Source: a virus
Virus record (IMG/VR): IMGVR_UViG_3300046534_001374
Coordinates: 64,001-128,000 of that record
Direction: 5' to 3' (one strand)
Length of the DNA stretch: 64,000 nt
Position 1 is the stretch's first letter. Every line of letters starts with the position of its first letter. This document shows, in pieces, positions 39,777 through 49,181 of this stretch. The notes beneath the pieces were generated by a model. The model was not told where the DNA came from and did no database searches. It worked only from the letters and a program-made list of their open reading frames with translations. The translations under genes were made by a program, and so were the position numbers.

Positions 39777-40217
39777 ATGTCACAAACACCTGAAGAATTA
39801 GAAATTTTGGCGGGGATGGTCGATCATATTAATATATTCGACAATCAATTAAATCGTCAAATGGAAAAAGCGCCAACCGTTGACAGTCGAGTTGAATCAA
39901 ATCGAATTGATAAGAGACAAGCTCTAACCCAGCTTGCTCGACATGGTAGACCTGATGCCCACAGTGAAGGAAGTGGTGATAAGGTTCCGCTATATCAACC
40001 AAATGCCAATGATGGTTTTGGTGATATGGCAGAATTTCCTGCAACTACACACCAAGCCCAACAAATACGGAAACAACACCCTTCACAGCAACAGTTTGTT
40101 GAATCTACATCTCTATTACCTCCGAGTATTTTAACTAGTATTTTGAGGAAATTGATTTCGATTGAAACTTCTGTTAACAAATTAGTTGAAAAACAAAAAA
40201 CTACTGATAACATTTAA
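39777..40217 (+). CDS. Hypothetical protein
   Basis: TAATTA 5 nt upstream. Confidence 0.65.
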   Translation: MSQTPEELEILAGMVDHINIFDNQLNRQMEKAPTVDSRVESNRIDKRQALTQLARHGRPDAHSEGSGDKVPLYQPNANDGFGDMAEFPATTHQAQQIRKQHPSQQQFVESTSLLPPSILTSILRKLISIETSVNKLVEKQKTTDNI

Positions 40218-40220
40218 TAC

Positions 40221-40961
40221 ATGAGTAAAAAGATTATGGTCAATCGAAAAGAATTCGAAAAGAATTTTTTAGAAGCCATAAAGTCTTTTGTTCCCAAGTG
40301 CGAGTTCTTCCCCATCTATATGATTAGGGGAAAACTCGTTACTTTTTGTGCCAATAGGCAAGAAAACGGGACACTGGCTTTATATTTAGAACACACACCA
40401 CTTCACCACAATTTGGATGAGGGTGACGTAATTTACATCAAAGACCCTCAGAAGCTACTCAGTGCGGTTAAAATGCTAAGTGACGAACGTATCCTGCTTA
40501 AGATTATAGATCACCAGATTGTATGTAAAACTGATGATTTTCAGTTCACATTCACTTTATATGATCCTATTCTAGCCAAGAGAGATAAAACTTTCTGGAA
40601 ACCTGAGAAGTTTAATAGTATTAAAAAATCATTTAAGGTAGGAGTTCTTTTGGAAAAGGATTTGATTGCTAAGATTAAGACTGCTTGCAACGTGGTTGAT
40701 ATCGATACAGTTACTATCGAAAACAAAGATGATGAAATGTTATTAACCGTAGGGAGCAGTAAGGCTAACTCGGTGAGCACCAAACTCCCCTATATCGATC
40801 ACTTCTCAGAACATAGTAAGTTCATCAAGAATATTTTCCATTATGTTGGTAAGTCTGATGCAACCCTTTATGAAACTGAAGACGAGAAAGTAATTGGATT
40901 CAGAGAAGAGAATGAAACTAATGTAAAATATTACATCGTAACCAAAACTAAGAATGCATAA
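40221..40961 (+). CDS. Sliding clamp (gp45/PCNA-like)
   Basis: 246 aa with a two-domain clamp-like pattern ending 'YYIV'; replication context. Confidence 0.65.
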   Translation: MSKKIMVNRKEFEKNFLEAIKSFVPKCEFFPIYMIRGKLVTFCANRQENGTLALYLEHTPLHHNLDEGDVIYIKDPQKLLSAVKMLSDERILLKIIDHQIVCKTDDFQFTFTLYDPILAKRDKTFWKPEKFNSIKKSFKVGVLLEKDLIAKIKTACNVVDIDTVTIENKDDEMLLTVGSSKANSVSTKLPYIDHFSEHSKFIKNIFHYVGKSDATLYETEDEKVIGFREENETNVKYYIVTKTKNA

Positions 40962-41220
40962 TTTGGAAAAAGAAATATTGGAATTTGCCACAAACAACTG
41001 GGGTGAAAAAGATCTATGTGGTATCGGTCTGAAGCTAGGTGAGGAATGCGGAGAAATCCAAGGTGCTATAGTTAAGATTCCTGAAGGTAGAGCAACAGAA
41101 CAAGATCTCAAAGATGAGATTGGTGATTCTTTGATTGTGCTTTCACAACTAGCAGCCAAGATGGACACTACTTTGGATGAATTGAGATTTGGTCGTTTGA
41201 AAACTATAGTGGAACGTTAA
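40954..41220 (+). CDS. MazG-like nucleotide pyrophosphohydrolase
   Basis: 'KLGEECGE...DEIGD' motif. Confidence 0.88.
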   Translation: MHNLEKEILEFATNNWGEKDLCGIGLKLGEECGEIQGAIVKIPEGRATEQDLKDEIGDSLIVLSQLAAKMDTTLDELRFGRLKTIVER

Positions 41221-41224
41221 AGTA

Positions 41225-41728
41225 ATGGGTAAAATCGAATCAAACATCACCCGACTTTCTTATATGTTAAAACGTTTAAGGGGTTCTGGATACAAAGCAG
41301 ATAAACTTATAGGTAACAGTGACCCAAGAAGCTTGGAGATTGATTTCGAAAAGTTTTTGGATAAGGTCTTTCCTGAAGAGAGGCCGTTCTATAATAAAGA
41401 TATTAAAACCGTTCTAAAAGAGTTTAGAACTGAATTTCTTAGATATACTTATTTGACAAATAGCTATACCGAATTTGATTCTAGGAAGTGGACGATCATT
41501 ATCGATGGTGGTAGAGGGAATGTTTTTTTAACTTTCTTCGAAAATTCAAAAGATGTAGACGAAAAGTATGAAAGCTTTGGTAGTGATTACTTTGAGATAT
41601 ATGACGGCGATCAATATGTCAAACCTATCAGAAAAAAGTTAAACACTCATTCATTTGAAGTAATAGTTAAGGAATTAAATGCACTTGGTATCCTAAATAA
41701 ATTCGCTAACTATAGTAATGGAGAATGA
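41225..41728 (+). CDS. Hypothetical protein
   Basis: Operonic ORF. Confidence 0.65.
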   Translation: MGKIESNITRLSYMLKRLRGSGYKADKLIGNSDPRSLEIDFEKFLDKVFPEERPFYNKDIKTVLKEFRTEFLRYTYLTNSYTEFDSRKWTIIIDGGRGNVFLTFFENSKDVDEKYESFGSDYFEIYDGDQYVKPIRKKLNTHSFEVIVKELNALGILNKFANYSNGE

Positions 41729-42137
41729 AGATCAGAACATAATCGACCAGCTCGATCTTAATACCGAAGAACAAAAGGGTGTTGAGAAGTTTTTAGAGGC
41801 GGTAGATTTTAAATCTAAAGATTTCCGCGCAGTATCAGAAGCACTGGAGGAAAAATACTATATTCCATTAGATGCCGAAAAGAAAACCCTTGAACAGAAA
41901 ACAGTTCTATTTAATATTCTTCAAGAATTCTTCAGTTGTTTTGTTGTATTTGGGTATGATATGTCAGGCAATGATATGTATTACCACTTTGCCCCTAACT
42001 CACTAACGCATACCGCGTTGGATAAAAAGTTCCAAGAATTAAGTCAGCAGAGAGCTATTCAAGAATCGGGCCTATTCCAAATCTTAAATCAAGCATCCGA
42101 TGAAGATCCGGAAGATTATGAAGATGATGAAGAGTAG
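41718..42137 (+). CDS. Hypothetical protein
   Basis: Operonic ORF. Confidence 0.65.
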   Translation: MENEDQNIIDQLDLNTEEQKGVEKFLEAVDFKSKDFRAVSEALEEKYYIPLDAEKKTLEQKTVLFNILQEFFSCFVVFGYDMSGNDMYYHFAPNSLTHTALDKKFQELSQQRAIQESGLFQILNQASDEDPEDYEDDEE

Positions 42138-42143
42138 TTAGAT

Positions 42144-45100
42144 CTACTCACAGGGAATACAATTAGAGTTCTTTGTCACTGAAAGTTCGCTGTCGGAAGC
42201 TCTAGTAAGAAGTTCCATAATGTCGTCTATATCTGTATTAGGATCTGCGATAAGATCGGTAATCTTATCGAAGTTGGAACTGTTTTCATTGCAGTCTTCA
42301 AATAACTTGAAAAGATTGGGATCTTGATATCTGATAGGGGTTTGTTTGCCCCTCAGTCTTGATTTTTTATGGACAACCTCTGGGGCTAAAATAGGTTCCG
42401 CACCAGCCGCCGCAGCACCACATTGACGGACATCATCATTAGTATCCAATAATGTAGAAGATATAGTAGCAACTGTATGCGAATGGGATGAATTGGTTAA
42501 ACTGGACACTGCAACAGACACCACATCACCACCCATAGAATCTTTACCCATAATAATACCTGCGGGTAGATCGCTATAGCTTATAGTGGTTTCGGTTTCC
42601 GAGTATTGTAGAGGCGCTGTAATATGTTGAGTAGTCATACCACCTTCGTTGTGGATTCCACCCTTAACCACCATATTAGAGCTAATTGCTACACTAGAAT
42701 CTAGTGCTACCGTTTTATACGACTCCCCGCCGATTAGATTGACTCTAGGTTTGATGGTAATGACATCAGCGGTAAGTTCCAGAGACTTACCACCATCAAG
42801 CACCACCTCATTGTTAGAAGATATATTAACTTGATCAGCCGAGATAGTCATGATTCTACCTTGTAGCTCAAACATACCAAGAGTCTTCTGACTAATACCA
42901 TTCGCACCCACAAATAAAGCATATTTGTTTGATACCATCATAGAGTAATCACCGCCAGACAAACTATTAGTGGCGACGGGCTCAACGTGTGGAGTTGGGA
43001 CATACATCGGGAATACACCTTTGCCAGACTTGGAAGGCATCTGACCCATAAGCTTCCTCTTCCCCACAGGATCGACTCTGATAGAATTCAAATCATTCAT
43101 ATTAGAACCTACAAAGATTGTATGGGATCTAGAGATGTAGTCTGTTACATTACCACCTTTACTCAAACGATTTTCGAGTTCTGACATCTTATCAGAATTC
43201 GCATTGATCATATCAGGGATCTCTTTTTTCCTAGGATCTCTTTTAAAGACACCTTCGGCAGACCAAGGAACTTTACCGCTACCTTGGCAGTTGAAACAAT
43301 TCTCACGAGCTTCACTTGTTTCCGAAACAGTAGATTTACCAGCGGATAAACTTTCGGAAATACCGCCAGCACCATTAGGCATAGCGGGAGTGAATGTAGA
43401 CGGTGTAGTTGTCCTAGTTGGGAATTTGTTTTTTCCGTTGCATACAGGACAATCCGTAGTGTCCCCATCCTGCGTCTGTAGAGGCGAGGTATCCAATTCA
43501 TGACCAGAACCAGCCCTTTGTAAATCAAAGAGTTGTTGCGTATCATGGATGGGTTGGTGTAGTTCTTTAATTCTTTTTGATATGTCGGCATCACCTTTAA
43601 CATTACCGAATTTATTATAAACATCACCCTTAACTATAAGCTCCTTATCACCTTGAATAAAGAATGAGCCATCACCCCTAACAGTTGAGAATTCATCACC
43701 TTTAATCAAACGAGTTTTACCGCCAACCGCAAATTCGGTAGTCCCCATTTGATTCATCTCATAGGAACCGCCATGAGCAGAGCCAATTTTATATCTTTCA
43801 CGGCCAGTGGTATCGACTATTTCCGCATATCCACCCCTACCATTTATTACGGTTTTACCCCTATATATATTTGATTCATCACCTTCCATTGGTTCGGGAT
43901 TATCTGGAGATGGCGAACTAATATCATAAACCCCCGCATAGTCTTGGGGTTTAGGATTGTTTGCAAAAACGACAGGGTAATCTATATCTCCACCTTCGAA
44001 GAAAACCCACACATTAGCCCCCACATCGGGTGTTGAAAAAGAGCCACGGGAAACGTTATTGTAAGGGGTATGCGCAATAGAGTTCGAAGCAGGATTTACT
44101 TTATTGTTTTCAGGTTTATCGGTGTAGTCTTTATTGTTGTTTGAGATGTATGTATCCAGTTTAGCTTGCGCTTCTGCCTTTTTCTCGGTATCGGATTCGT
44201 CAATCTCTAAATTAGCCCAGAACAAATCTCTCTCCTCTCGAAGTGAATTTGCCGCCTCGACATTTTCGGTCGTTGGTTTGGTTCTTGCCAACTCGGAAGC
44301 TTCATAGATCTTTTTACCAAAATCCACAGTTTTTTTAATATCAGTATCGGAGATATCTATACTACTCAGAAAAGCCTCATCACGAGTTTCTTCGGGGTGT
44401 TTGTTACCGACAGCACCAAAAGCATCTCTGGTGGTTACAACCTTACCGCTAGCCAAAGGTCTGATAATATACCTCATGGCAAATTCCCTTTCGCCAATAG
44501 TTTCGCCATTATACCTCAATACAGCACCCGTTCTATCACCACCGACATTGGTTGAGATGCTAGTATTTTCATGCGGAGCCATCAAAACAGCACCTTGGAT
44601 TTGCCCTAAAGTCTCAAGAAGAATCTTATTATATTCTCCTATGTTTTGAACAACACAATTGATAGCCGCCACATCTTTATTAAAGAAGGGTTCTGTGAAT
44701 ATTACAGGATTACTAGAAGGGAAGTTTTTCCTCTTGACACCTCGGTTTTTCCTCGGAACTCCGTGACTAGCGAAGAACTGCCCCAACCTTTGCAGGTATT
44801 GGGTGGCTCTATTTTCTTCATCCGAAGAAGCACCCGAGGGTATCAAGACTTCAAACCCTTTGGCGCTTGCACTAGCGGCATTGAAGTCTAATGAAATCTT
44901 TCGATCACCAACTCTGGATTCAAATTTACCCATCTTGGCTTTGATATCATTCCTAGAGCCACAGAAGATTCTTACACCAGAATTAACAGAAAATCCCCCA
45001 TCACAAGATCCTGAAGAAAATGCATTCGCAGCAGATTGTGTTGGCTTCGATATAGTTGGCTGCGGTGTCGAAGCGGGAACGGGCGGTGGTTTGACATCAC

Positions 45101-45842
45101 CCCTTCTAAGCGGACCCCAGTAACGAGATAAGCCCCTAGTCCGACCACCCGCGATAATATTATCATCACTAAGTAATTTTTCTGCAATGCTAATAGTTTG
45201 ATCAATATTAAATTGGGGGTCATAAAGTTGCTCCAATGTATACGCTTCCCCTGAAGGGTTGTAGCCTTTATTCTGCCCATCTTCCGGAGACAGTTGATAT
45301 AGTCCATGTGATCCACTAGGTATGTCGGCACGGCCTTGATCGCCAACAGTCCCTGTTTTGAAGCTTGATTCCTTATATCCTAAAGTGACGAAGAAATTAG
45401 CCCAACTTTCAGGGGAACCGTCAATATTAAACTGAGCAGCATCCGAAGGAATCTTTCCATTAAGTTGTGAGTTCCTAATAGCTCCTATGAAATAAGACCT
45501 AACCTCTTCGGGATCAACTCTACCTTCATCATCTGCGGAAACCGAACCATCAAATCCAGTGTAGCCATCCCCAAAAGTTTCAACCCCACCGTAACCATAA
45601 GACGATCCACCACCAGCCATCACTGGTTGTGCAACTTCAGCCCAAGGCAAATTTTTAGAAACAGTATCGACTAATTTTTTACTATAACCATCAACCAATC
45701 CCTTTTCACTACCTCCATTAGCATCTATATCTTGTTGATATATTTCTTTATGGACCGCAGGAACCCAAACCTTCACTTTACCCGCACGACTAGGATCGGC
45801 TCTCTTAAAAACGATCCCTCTAAAATTTCCTAAATGTTGCAT
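42144..45842 (-). CDS. Baseplate spike/tail lysin (gp5/VgrG-like) with transglycosylase and amidase-like insertions
   Basis: OB-fold 'GIV...DP...G.VKV.VP...LPWA' is separated from 'P.VGA.VWVFFEGGD...PV' by the inserted domains. Also has an 'ESSF...GLYQL' lysozyme-like motif and a beta-helix C-terminus. Confidence 0.85.
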   Translation of the reverse strand: MQHLGNFRGIVFKRADPSRAGKVKVWVPAVHKEIYQQDIDANGGSEKGLVDGYSKKLVDTVSKNLPWAEVAQPVMAGGGSSYGYGGVETFGDGYTGFDGSVSADDEGRVDPEEVRSYFIGAIRNSQLNGKIPSDAAQFNIDGSPESWANFFVTLGYKESSFKTGTVGDQGRADIPSGSHGLYQLSPEDGQNKGYNPSGEAYTLEQLYDPQFNIDQTISIAEKLLSDDNIIAGGRTRGLSRYWGPLRRGDVKPPPVPASTPQPTISKPTQSAANAFSSGSCDGGFSVNSGVRIFCGSRNDIKAKMGKFESRVGDRKISLDFNAASASAKGFEVLIPSGASSDEENRATQYLQRLGQFFASHGVPRKNRGVKRKNFPSSNPVIFTEPFFNKDVAAINCVVQNIGEYNKILLETLGQIQGAVLMAPHENTSISTNVGGDRTGAVLRYNGETIGEREFAMRYIIRPLASGKVVTTRDAFGAVGNKHPEETRDEAFLSSIDISDTDIKKTVDFGKKIYEASELARTKPTTENVEAANSLREERDLFWANLEIDESDTEKKAEAQAKLDTYISNNNKDYTDKPENNKVNPASNSIAHTPYNNVSRGSFSTPDVGANVWVFFEGGDIDYPVVFANNPKPQDYAGVYDISSPSPDNPEPMEGDESNIYRGKTVINGRGGYAEIVDTTGRERYKIGSAHGGSYEMNQMGTTEFAVGGKTRLIKGDEFSTVRGDGSFFIQGDKELIVKGDVYNKFGNVKGDADISKRIKELHQPIHDTQQLFDLQRAGSGHELDTSPLQTQDGDTTDCPVCNGKNKFPTRTTTPSTFTPAMPNGAGGISESLSAGKSTVSETSEARENCFNCQGSGKVPWSAEGVFKRDPRKKEIPDMINANSDKMSELENRLSKGGNVTDYISRSHTIFVGSNMNDLNSIRVDPVGKRKLMGQMPSKSGKGVFPMYVPTPHVEPVATNSLSGGDYSMMVSNKYALFVGANGISQKTLGMFELQGRIMTISADQVNISSNNEVVLDGGKSLELTADVITIKPRVNLIGGESYKTVALDSSVAISSNMVVKGGIHNEGGMTTQHITAPLQYSETETTISYSDLPAGIIMGKDSMGGDVVSVAVSSLTNSSHSHTVATISSTLLDTNDDVRQCGAAAAGAEPILAPEVVHKKSRLRGKQTPIRYQDPNLFKLFEDCNENSSNFDKITDLIADPNTDIDDIMELLTRASDSELSVTKNSNCIPCE

Positions 45843-45846
45843 AATA

Positions 45847-46947
45847 TTAAGTTATTGGTGTTTCCAATCTGGTGTCTAAATCGGCAATAGCTGCATCTAG
45901 TTGTTTAGCCCACGCCTTTTCAGCAGCAATGATATTAGTCGTATCACTAGACCCACCGGATAACGGAGGTTTTGAATTGTTGCTTGCATTGTTCTCGGTT
46001 TTATTGATCTTGTCTCCGAGTATATCAACAAATGCGGTTTCTCGACCGATAGAAATATTTAAAGGTTCGTTGGAAACGCTATATTCATGACACATAGGAT
46101 ATAGATTGTTAATCTTTTTAACCAGATCCCCGTATTGTTGGAATAGAATTCCTAGATATTTTTTTCTGTTATCCAAAACATCCAAGAAGCTAAAAGTATC
46201 TTGTGCTAAATTATATAGATGCGCCAAAGGTTCGTCCATAATATTAAATATTTTACCATATGTGCATTTAGGTAAAACTCTCGAACCTAGTCTTTGGAAT
46301 AGTCTGATATTGTCGTGGAAGTTTTCAGCATATTCAGGTAGCATACGAATCCATGTGTGTTGTCCTAGAACACTACTAAGTCCTGTGCTGTCCAATACAT
46401 TACCTATAATACCGTCAACCATATTTATTGCATTGTCAGGAATTATGATGTTAGAATAGATCGTTCCTAGAGCTTCTGAAACTTCCGTAAACAACGGCAT
46501 CTTATTCAGACTAGAGGTTATAGCCGTTCTAACACCATCAGGTAGGAGTATATCTACATTTTTAAGGTAACCACGCAAAAGAGTTGCAGACACATCCTGA
46601 AGAGTAATGTCCCCGATAAGATCGCCCAGCTCACTCACATCCTTTACAATACGCTGTATACCTATAACCGTATTTTCAATCTCCAAAATTGAGGATCTAA
46701 ATCCCTCATCTCTACCGAATAGGTTTTTAGTGAATGATACTAATTCTGTGCTTGGACCCCTATAAGGCCCGTGCAGCTTCGCAACTTTGGCTACAGAATC
46801 CTCAACACTACCAACGGATTGATTTATGAGAGAAATGTTATCAAAAACTTTACGTGTTTTGTAACCATCTCGACTCGGCATTTGGGACTCTAAATATTCG
46901 CGACCAACAATCTCTGCTGCGGCGATGGGGTTACAAATATTACTCAC
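45847..46947 (-). CDS. Hypothetical late (virion) protein
   Basis: 366 aa; TAAGTA 6 nt upstream of the GTG. Confidence 0.65.
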   Translation of the reverse strand: MSNICNPIAAAEIVGREYLESQMPSRDGYKTRKVFDNISLINQSVGSVEDSVAKVAKLHGPYRGPSTELVSFTKNLFGRDEGFRSSILEIENTVIGIQRIVKDVSELGDLIGDITLQDVSATLLRGYLKNVDILLPDGVRTAITSSLNKMPLFTEVSEALGTIYSNIIIPDNAINMVDGIIGNVLDSTGLSSVLGQHTWIRMLPEYAENFHDNIRLFQRLGSRVLPKCTYGKIFNIMDEPLAHLYNLAQDTFSFLDVLDNRKKYLGILFQQYGDLVKKINNLYPMCHEYSVSNEPLNISIGRETAFVDILGDKINKTENNASNNSKPPLSGGSSDTTNIIAAEKAWAKQLDAAIADLDTRLETPIT

Positions 46948-46991
46948 TGAATTTACTTATGTTGTGGGTTTGTTATTACTAAGTATAACAT

Positions 46992-47249
46992 ATGAAAACA
47001 ACGATTGCGGCTATTTTTGTTAACCTGCTAAAATTCCTAGCTGCTCGCGAATTAAATTCGAACGTTAGAACAATCATAGAACTCTATAATGAAGAAGAAA
47101 AACTTATATCAAAAATTAGCGAAGCTCACGGGTCTCTCGATTTTAGCCCTGATGGTTCTTACATCTTGCAACTCAAGCATAGGCTTGAAGCCAATAGAAA
47201 CATCATCAAACTTCTCGAAGCCAAAACGCTTCCAAGTTCCAGCGAATAG
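46992..47249 (+). CDS. Putative i-spanin (Rz-like)
   Basis: Weakly hydrophobic N-terminus plus coiled coil; overlapped by a lipoprotein gene in the +1 frame; TAAGTA late motif. Confidence 0.5.
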   Translation: MKTTIAAIFVNLLKFLAARELNSNVRTIIELYNEEEKLISKISEAHGSLDFSPDGSYILQLKHRLEANRNIIKLLEAKTLPSSSE

Positions 47250-47352
47250 TAAAGTGGTATTTAAAGGGAAGGTATTCACATTACCCGAAGATACCGATGT
47301 TGTTACTTTGGAACAACACAAAGAAGAGGTAACTAGATTACTAATAGATTAA
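47089..47352 (+). CDS. Putative o-spanin lipoprotein (Rz1-like)
   Basis: Basic N-terminus, hydrophobic stretch and LTSC lipobox; overlaps the previous gene. Confidence 0.6.
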   Translation: MKKKNLYQKLAKLTGLSILALMVLTSCNSSIGLKPIETSSNFSKPKRFQVPANSKVVFKGKVFTLPEDTDVVTLEQHKEEVTRLLID

Positions 47353-47525
47353 CCTTCTAGTAATTGCTTTTCTCCATCCGGTTCGATGCTTTCTTCTATT
47401 TTTAGTTGGTCCAAGTTTTTGAGAATTAAGATAGGGTATTCAACCCATCTATGAGGGGCATCATTGAGAAGATCGATTAATTGGGTTAATTTAGATTCCT
47501 CAATAACAAATAATTTTTCATCCAT
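47349..47525 (-). CDS. Small hypothetical late protein
   Basis: Start reassigned to MDEKLF, 5 nt after TAATTA. Confidence 0.55.
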   Translation of the reverse strand: MDEKLFVIEESKLTQLIDLLNDAPHRWVEYPILILKNLDQLKIEESIEPDGEKQLLEG

Positions 47526-47564
47526 ATTTTTAATTATCGGGAGATTGGTTTTAAACAATTATTT

Positions 47565-47683
47565 TATGAACGTCAAAGTGGAGGCGCGATCTAAACCGAA
47601 CTCCGTTCGGGATTAAAACGCGATCTAATATAAAACTCAACTAAGTTAGCGGTAGATCGTCGCTCTCCCACGCCTTGTTGTCT
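47565..47683 (-). repeat. attC site F (last in array)
   Basis: Top strand: AGACAAC-aaggc-gtg[g]gag[a]gcg[a]cgatcta...tagatcgcgcctccac-tttgac-GTTCATA. Confidence 0.88.
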
Positions 47684-47730
47684 CTTCAAGTAAAACTTGA
47701 ACTATTGATTTCGACATCTAATTAAATGTG

Positions 47731-47928
47731 ATGAAAAGTAAAATCAAAGCATGGTGGGAAACATTTTGGTTCAAATATGTCCCTGCTTCTACAAGTCAAG
47801 TGTTGTCGTGGCAGAGTAAACAGCGCGAGGAGCTGAATCGTCGGGATGCGGAGCGATATTACAATCGTCAAAATATGAAGAATAATCAACAAAAGCAGAA
47901 AGACGGTCCTGAAAATCACGAAGGATAG
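47731..47928 (+). CDS. Cassette 5 antisense ORF
   Basis: TAATTA at 47719-24, 6 nt before the ATG. Confidence 0.5.
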   Translation: MKSKIKAWWETFWFKYVPASTSQVLSWQSKQREELNRRDAERYYNRQNMKNNQQKQKDGPENHEG

Positions 47929-48106
47929 CCTCCAATTCACCACTAATAAAAGATTCTTCTATTACTTCTCCGTTTGGTTGAAAAGTTTTTCCACTGAATT
48001 TCTCATCATACGATTCATCTGAGAGTTTCTCCTTGATCACAATCCTAACGGATGATAAGTTGGAAAACGTGTAATCTAATTCGTGGTGTTTTGAGAATCT
48101 ATTCAT
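47789..48106 (-). CDS. Cassette 5 ORF (hypothetical)
   Basis: ATG 16 nt after the G of GTTGTCT. Confidence 0.5.
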   Translation of the reverse strand: MNRFSKHHELDYTFSNLSSVRIVIKEKLSDESYDEKFSGKTFQPNGEVIEESFISGELEAILRDFQDRLSAFVDYSSYFDDCNIAPHPDDSAPRAVYSATTTLDL

Positions 48107-48115
48107 GATTTTCTA

Positions 48116-48247
48116 AGACAACGATGGAGCATATCTAATCAATACCAATTTCAATATGAATACAAAAAATAATAAACAAACAACTAATGACTCCTCCAAA
48201 ACCAACCAAGGTAGCGGTAGTGAGTTAGATACTGCGCCTTGTTCACC
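48116..48247 (-). repeat. attC site E (divergent sequence family)
   Basis: Top strand: GGTGAAC-aaggc-gca[g]tatctaa[c]tc...gattagatatgc-tccatc-GTTGTCT. Confidence 0.82.
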
Positions 48248-48515
48248 TCTCCGTCTTTTTGATCTGACTAAGACAACACCAGAAATGGTTGAACAAGAAT
48301 CAAATTACGAATCCCCTACTTTGAAGCAGAAACAACTAGCTCTGAAAAAAGAGGTATATCCAGATCAATCCCCGCAAGCTCTATCAAAGAGTTATCAAGA
48401 CGCTCTTGAGCTTGGTTACGTGAAACCTCAGAATCCCAATTTTGATTGGGAACCTTATAAAGATTTGGTTTGTAGATTGGTAAATTCCGAAGATCAGATT
48501 TCAGCTTCGGTATAA
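48156..48515 (+). CDS. Cassette 4 antisense ORF starting inside attC E
   Basis: ATG in the attC loop; reads through the arm as SELDTAPCSP. Confidence 0.45.
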   Translation: MNTKNNKQTTNDSSKTNQGSGSELDTAPCSPLRLFDLTKTTPEMVEQESNYESPTLKQKQLALKKEVYPDQSPQALSKSYQDALELGYVKPQNPNFDWEPYKDLVCRLVNSEDQISASV

Positions 48516-48591
48516 TATATTGAAGCTGTTTCTTCCTGTGGTGTAATGATTCTAGTATTTCTAGGCATTGTGCTTTTGTTGGATCGGGCAT
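48316..48591 (-). CDS. Cassette 4 ORF (hypothetical)
   Basis: ATG 19 nt after the G of GTTCACC; AGGA upstream. Confidence 0.5.
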   Translation of the reverse strand: MPDPTKAQCLEILESLHHRKKQLQYIIPKLKSDLRNLPIYKPNLYKVPNQNWDSEVSRNQAQERLDNSLIELAGIDLDIPLFSELVVSASK

Positions 48592-48603
48592 GTCCTATTT
48601 CTA

Positions 48604-48722
48604 GGTGAACGTCAATGTGGAGGCGCGATCTAAACCGAACTCCGTTCGGGATTAAAACGCGATCTAATATAAAAATAAACTAAGTTAGCGGTAGATCGTC
48701 GCTCTCTCACGTCTTGTTAGCC
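48604..48722 (-). repeat. attC site D
   Basis: GGCTAAC ... GTTCACC, with 3 extrahelical bases. Confidence 0.88.
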
Positions 48723-48752
48723 CTTCAAATGGTTTTAGGGATAAATATAAGC

Positions 48753-48947
48753 ATGAGAAAACCAAACAGCCCACTAAGAACAATGGATAAGCTCCTTAAG
48801 CCATACATGCAGGAAATAAAAAATCCCGATAGCTGTGATGATCTACTAAATTATTTTGCAGATTGTATGGATGAATGGTGGAATAATCTAGATGCACGAA
48901 ATAAAGAATGCCCCCTTCCCCGAAAAGCTAATCTAGAGAAAATATAG
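48753..48947 (+). CDS. Cassette 3 antisense ORF
   Basis: TAAATA at 48742-47, 5 nt before the ATG. Confidence 0.5.
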   Translation: MRKPNSPLRTMDKLLKPYMQEIKNPDSCDDLLNYFADCMDEWWNNLDARNKECPLPRKANLEKI

Positions 48948-49164
48948 TTCCGTCAGTTTCAATTCGTTTGGCAAAATCTTGTATCTTATCTTTATCTTTC
49001 AGTGAATTTAGAGCTACTTCAATCTGAGAAGCCGTTAGATTCCCTTTTTCTTGTTCAGTGATATGCCATTCTCCAAAATCTTCAGAGTTTATTTTCTTTA
49101 AGATTTCGGTTTCCAGTTCTCTTTTTGGGTTTAGTCTAAGATTATAGTTATTTGGTTCTGACAT
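48928..49164 (-). CDS. Cassette 3 ORF (hypothetical)
   Basis: ATG 24 nt after the G of GTTAGCC. Confidence 0.55.
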   Translation of the reverse strand: MSEPNNYNLRLNPKRELETEILKKINSEDFGEWHITEQEKGNLTASQIEVALNSLKDKDKIQDFAKRIETDGTIFSLD

Positions 49165-49181
49165 GATTTCTTAGATTCTCG

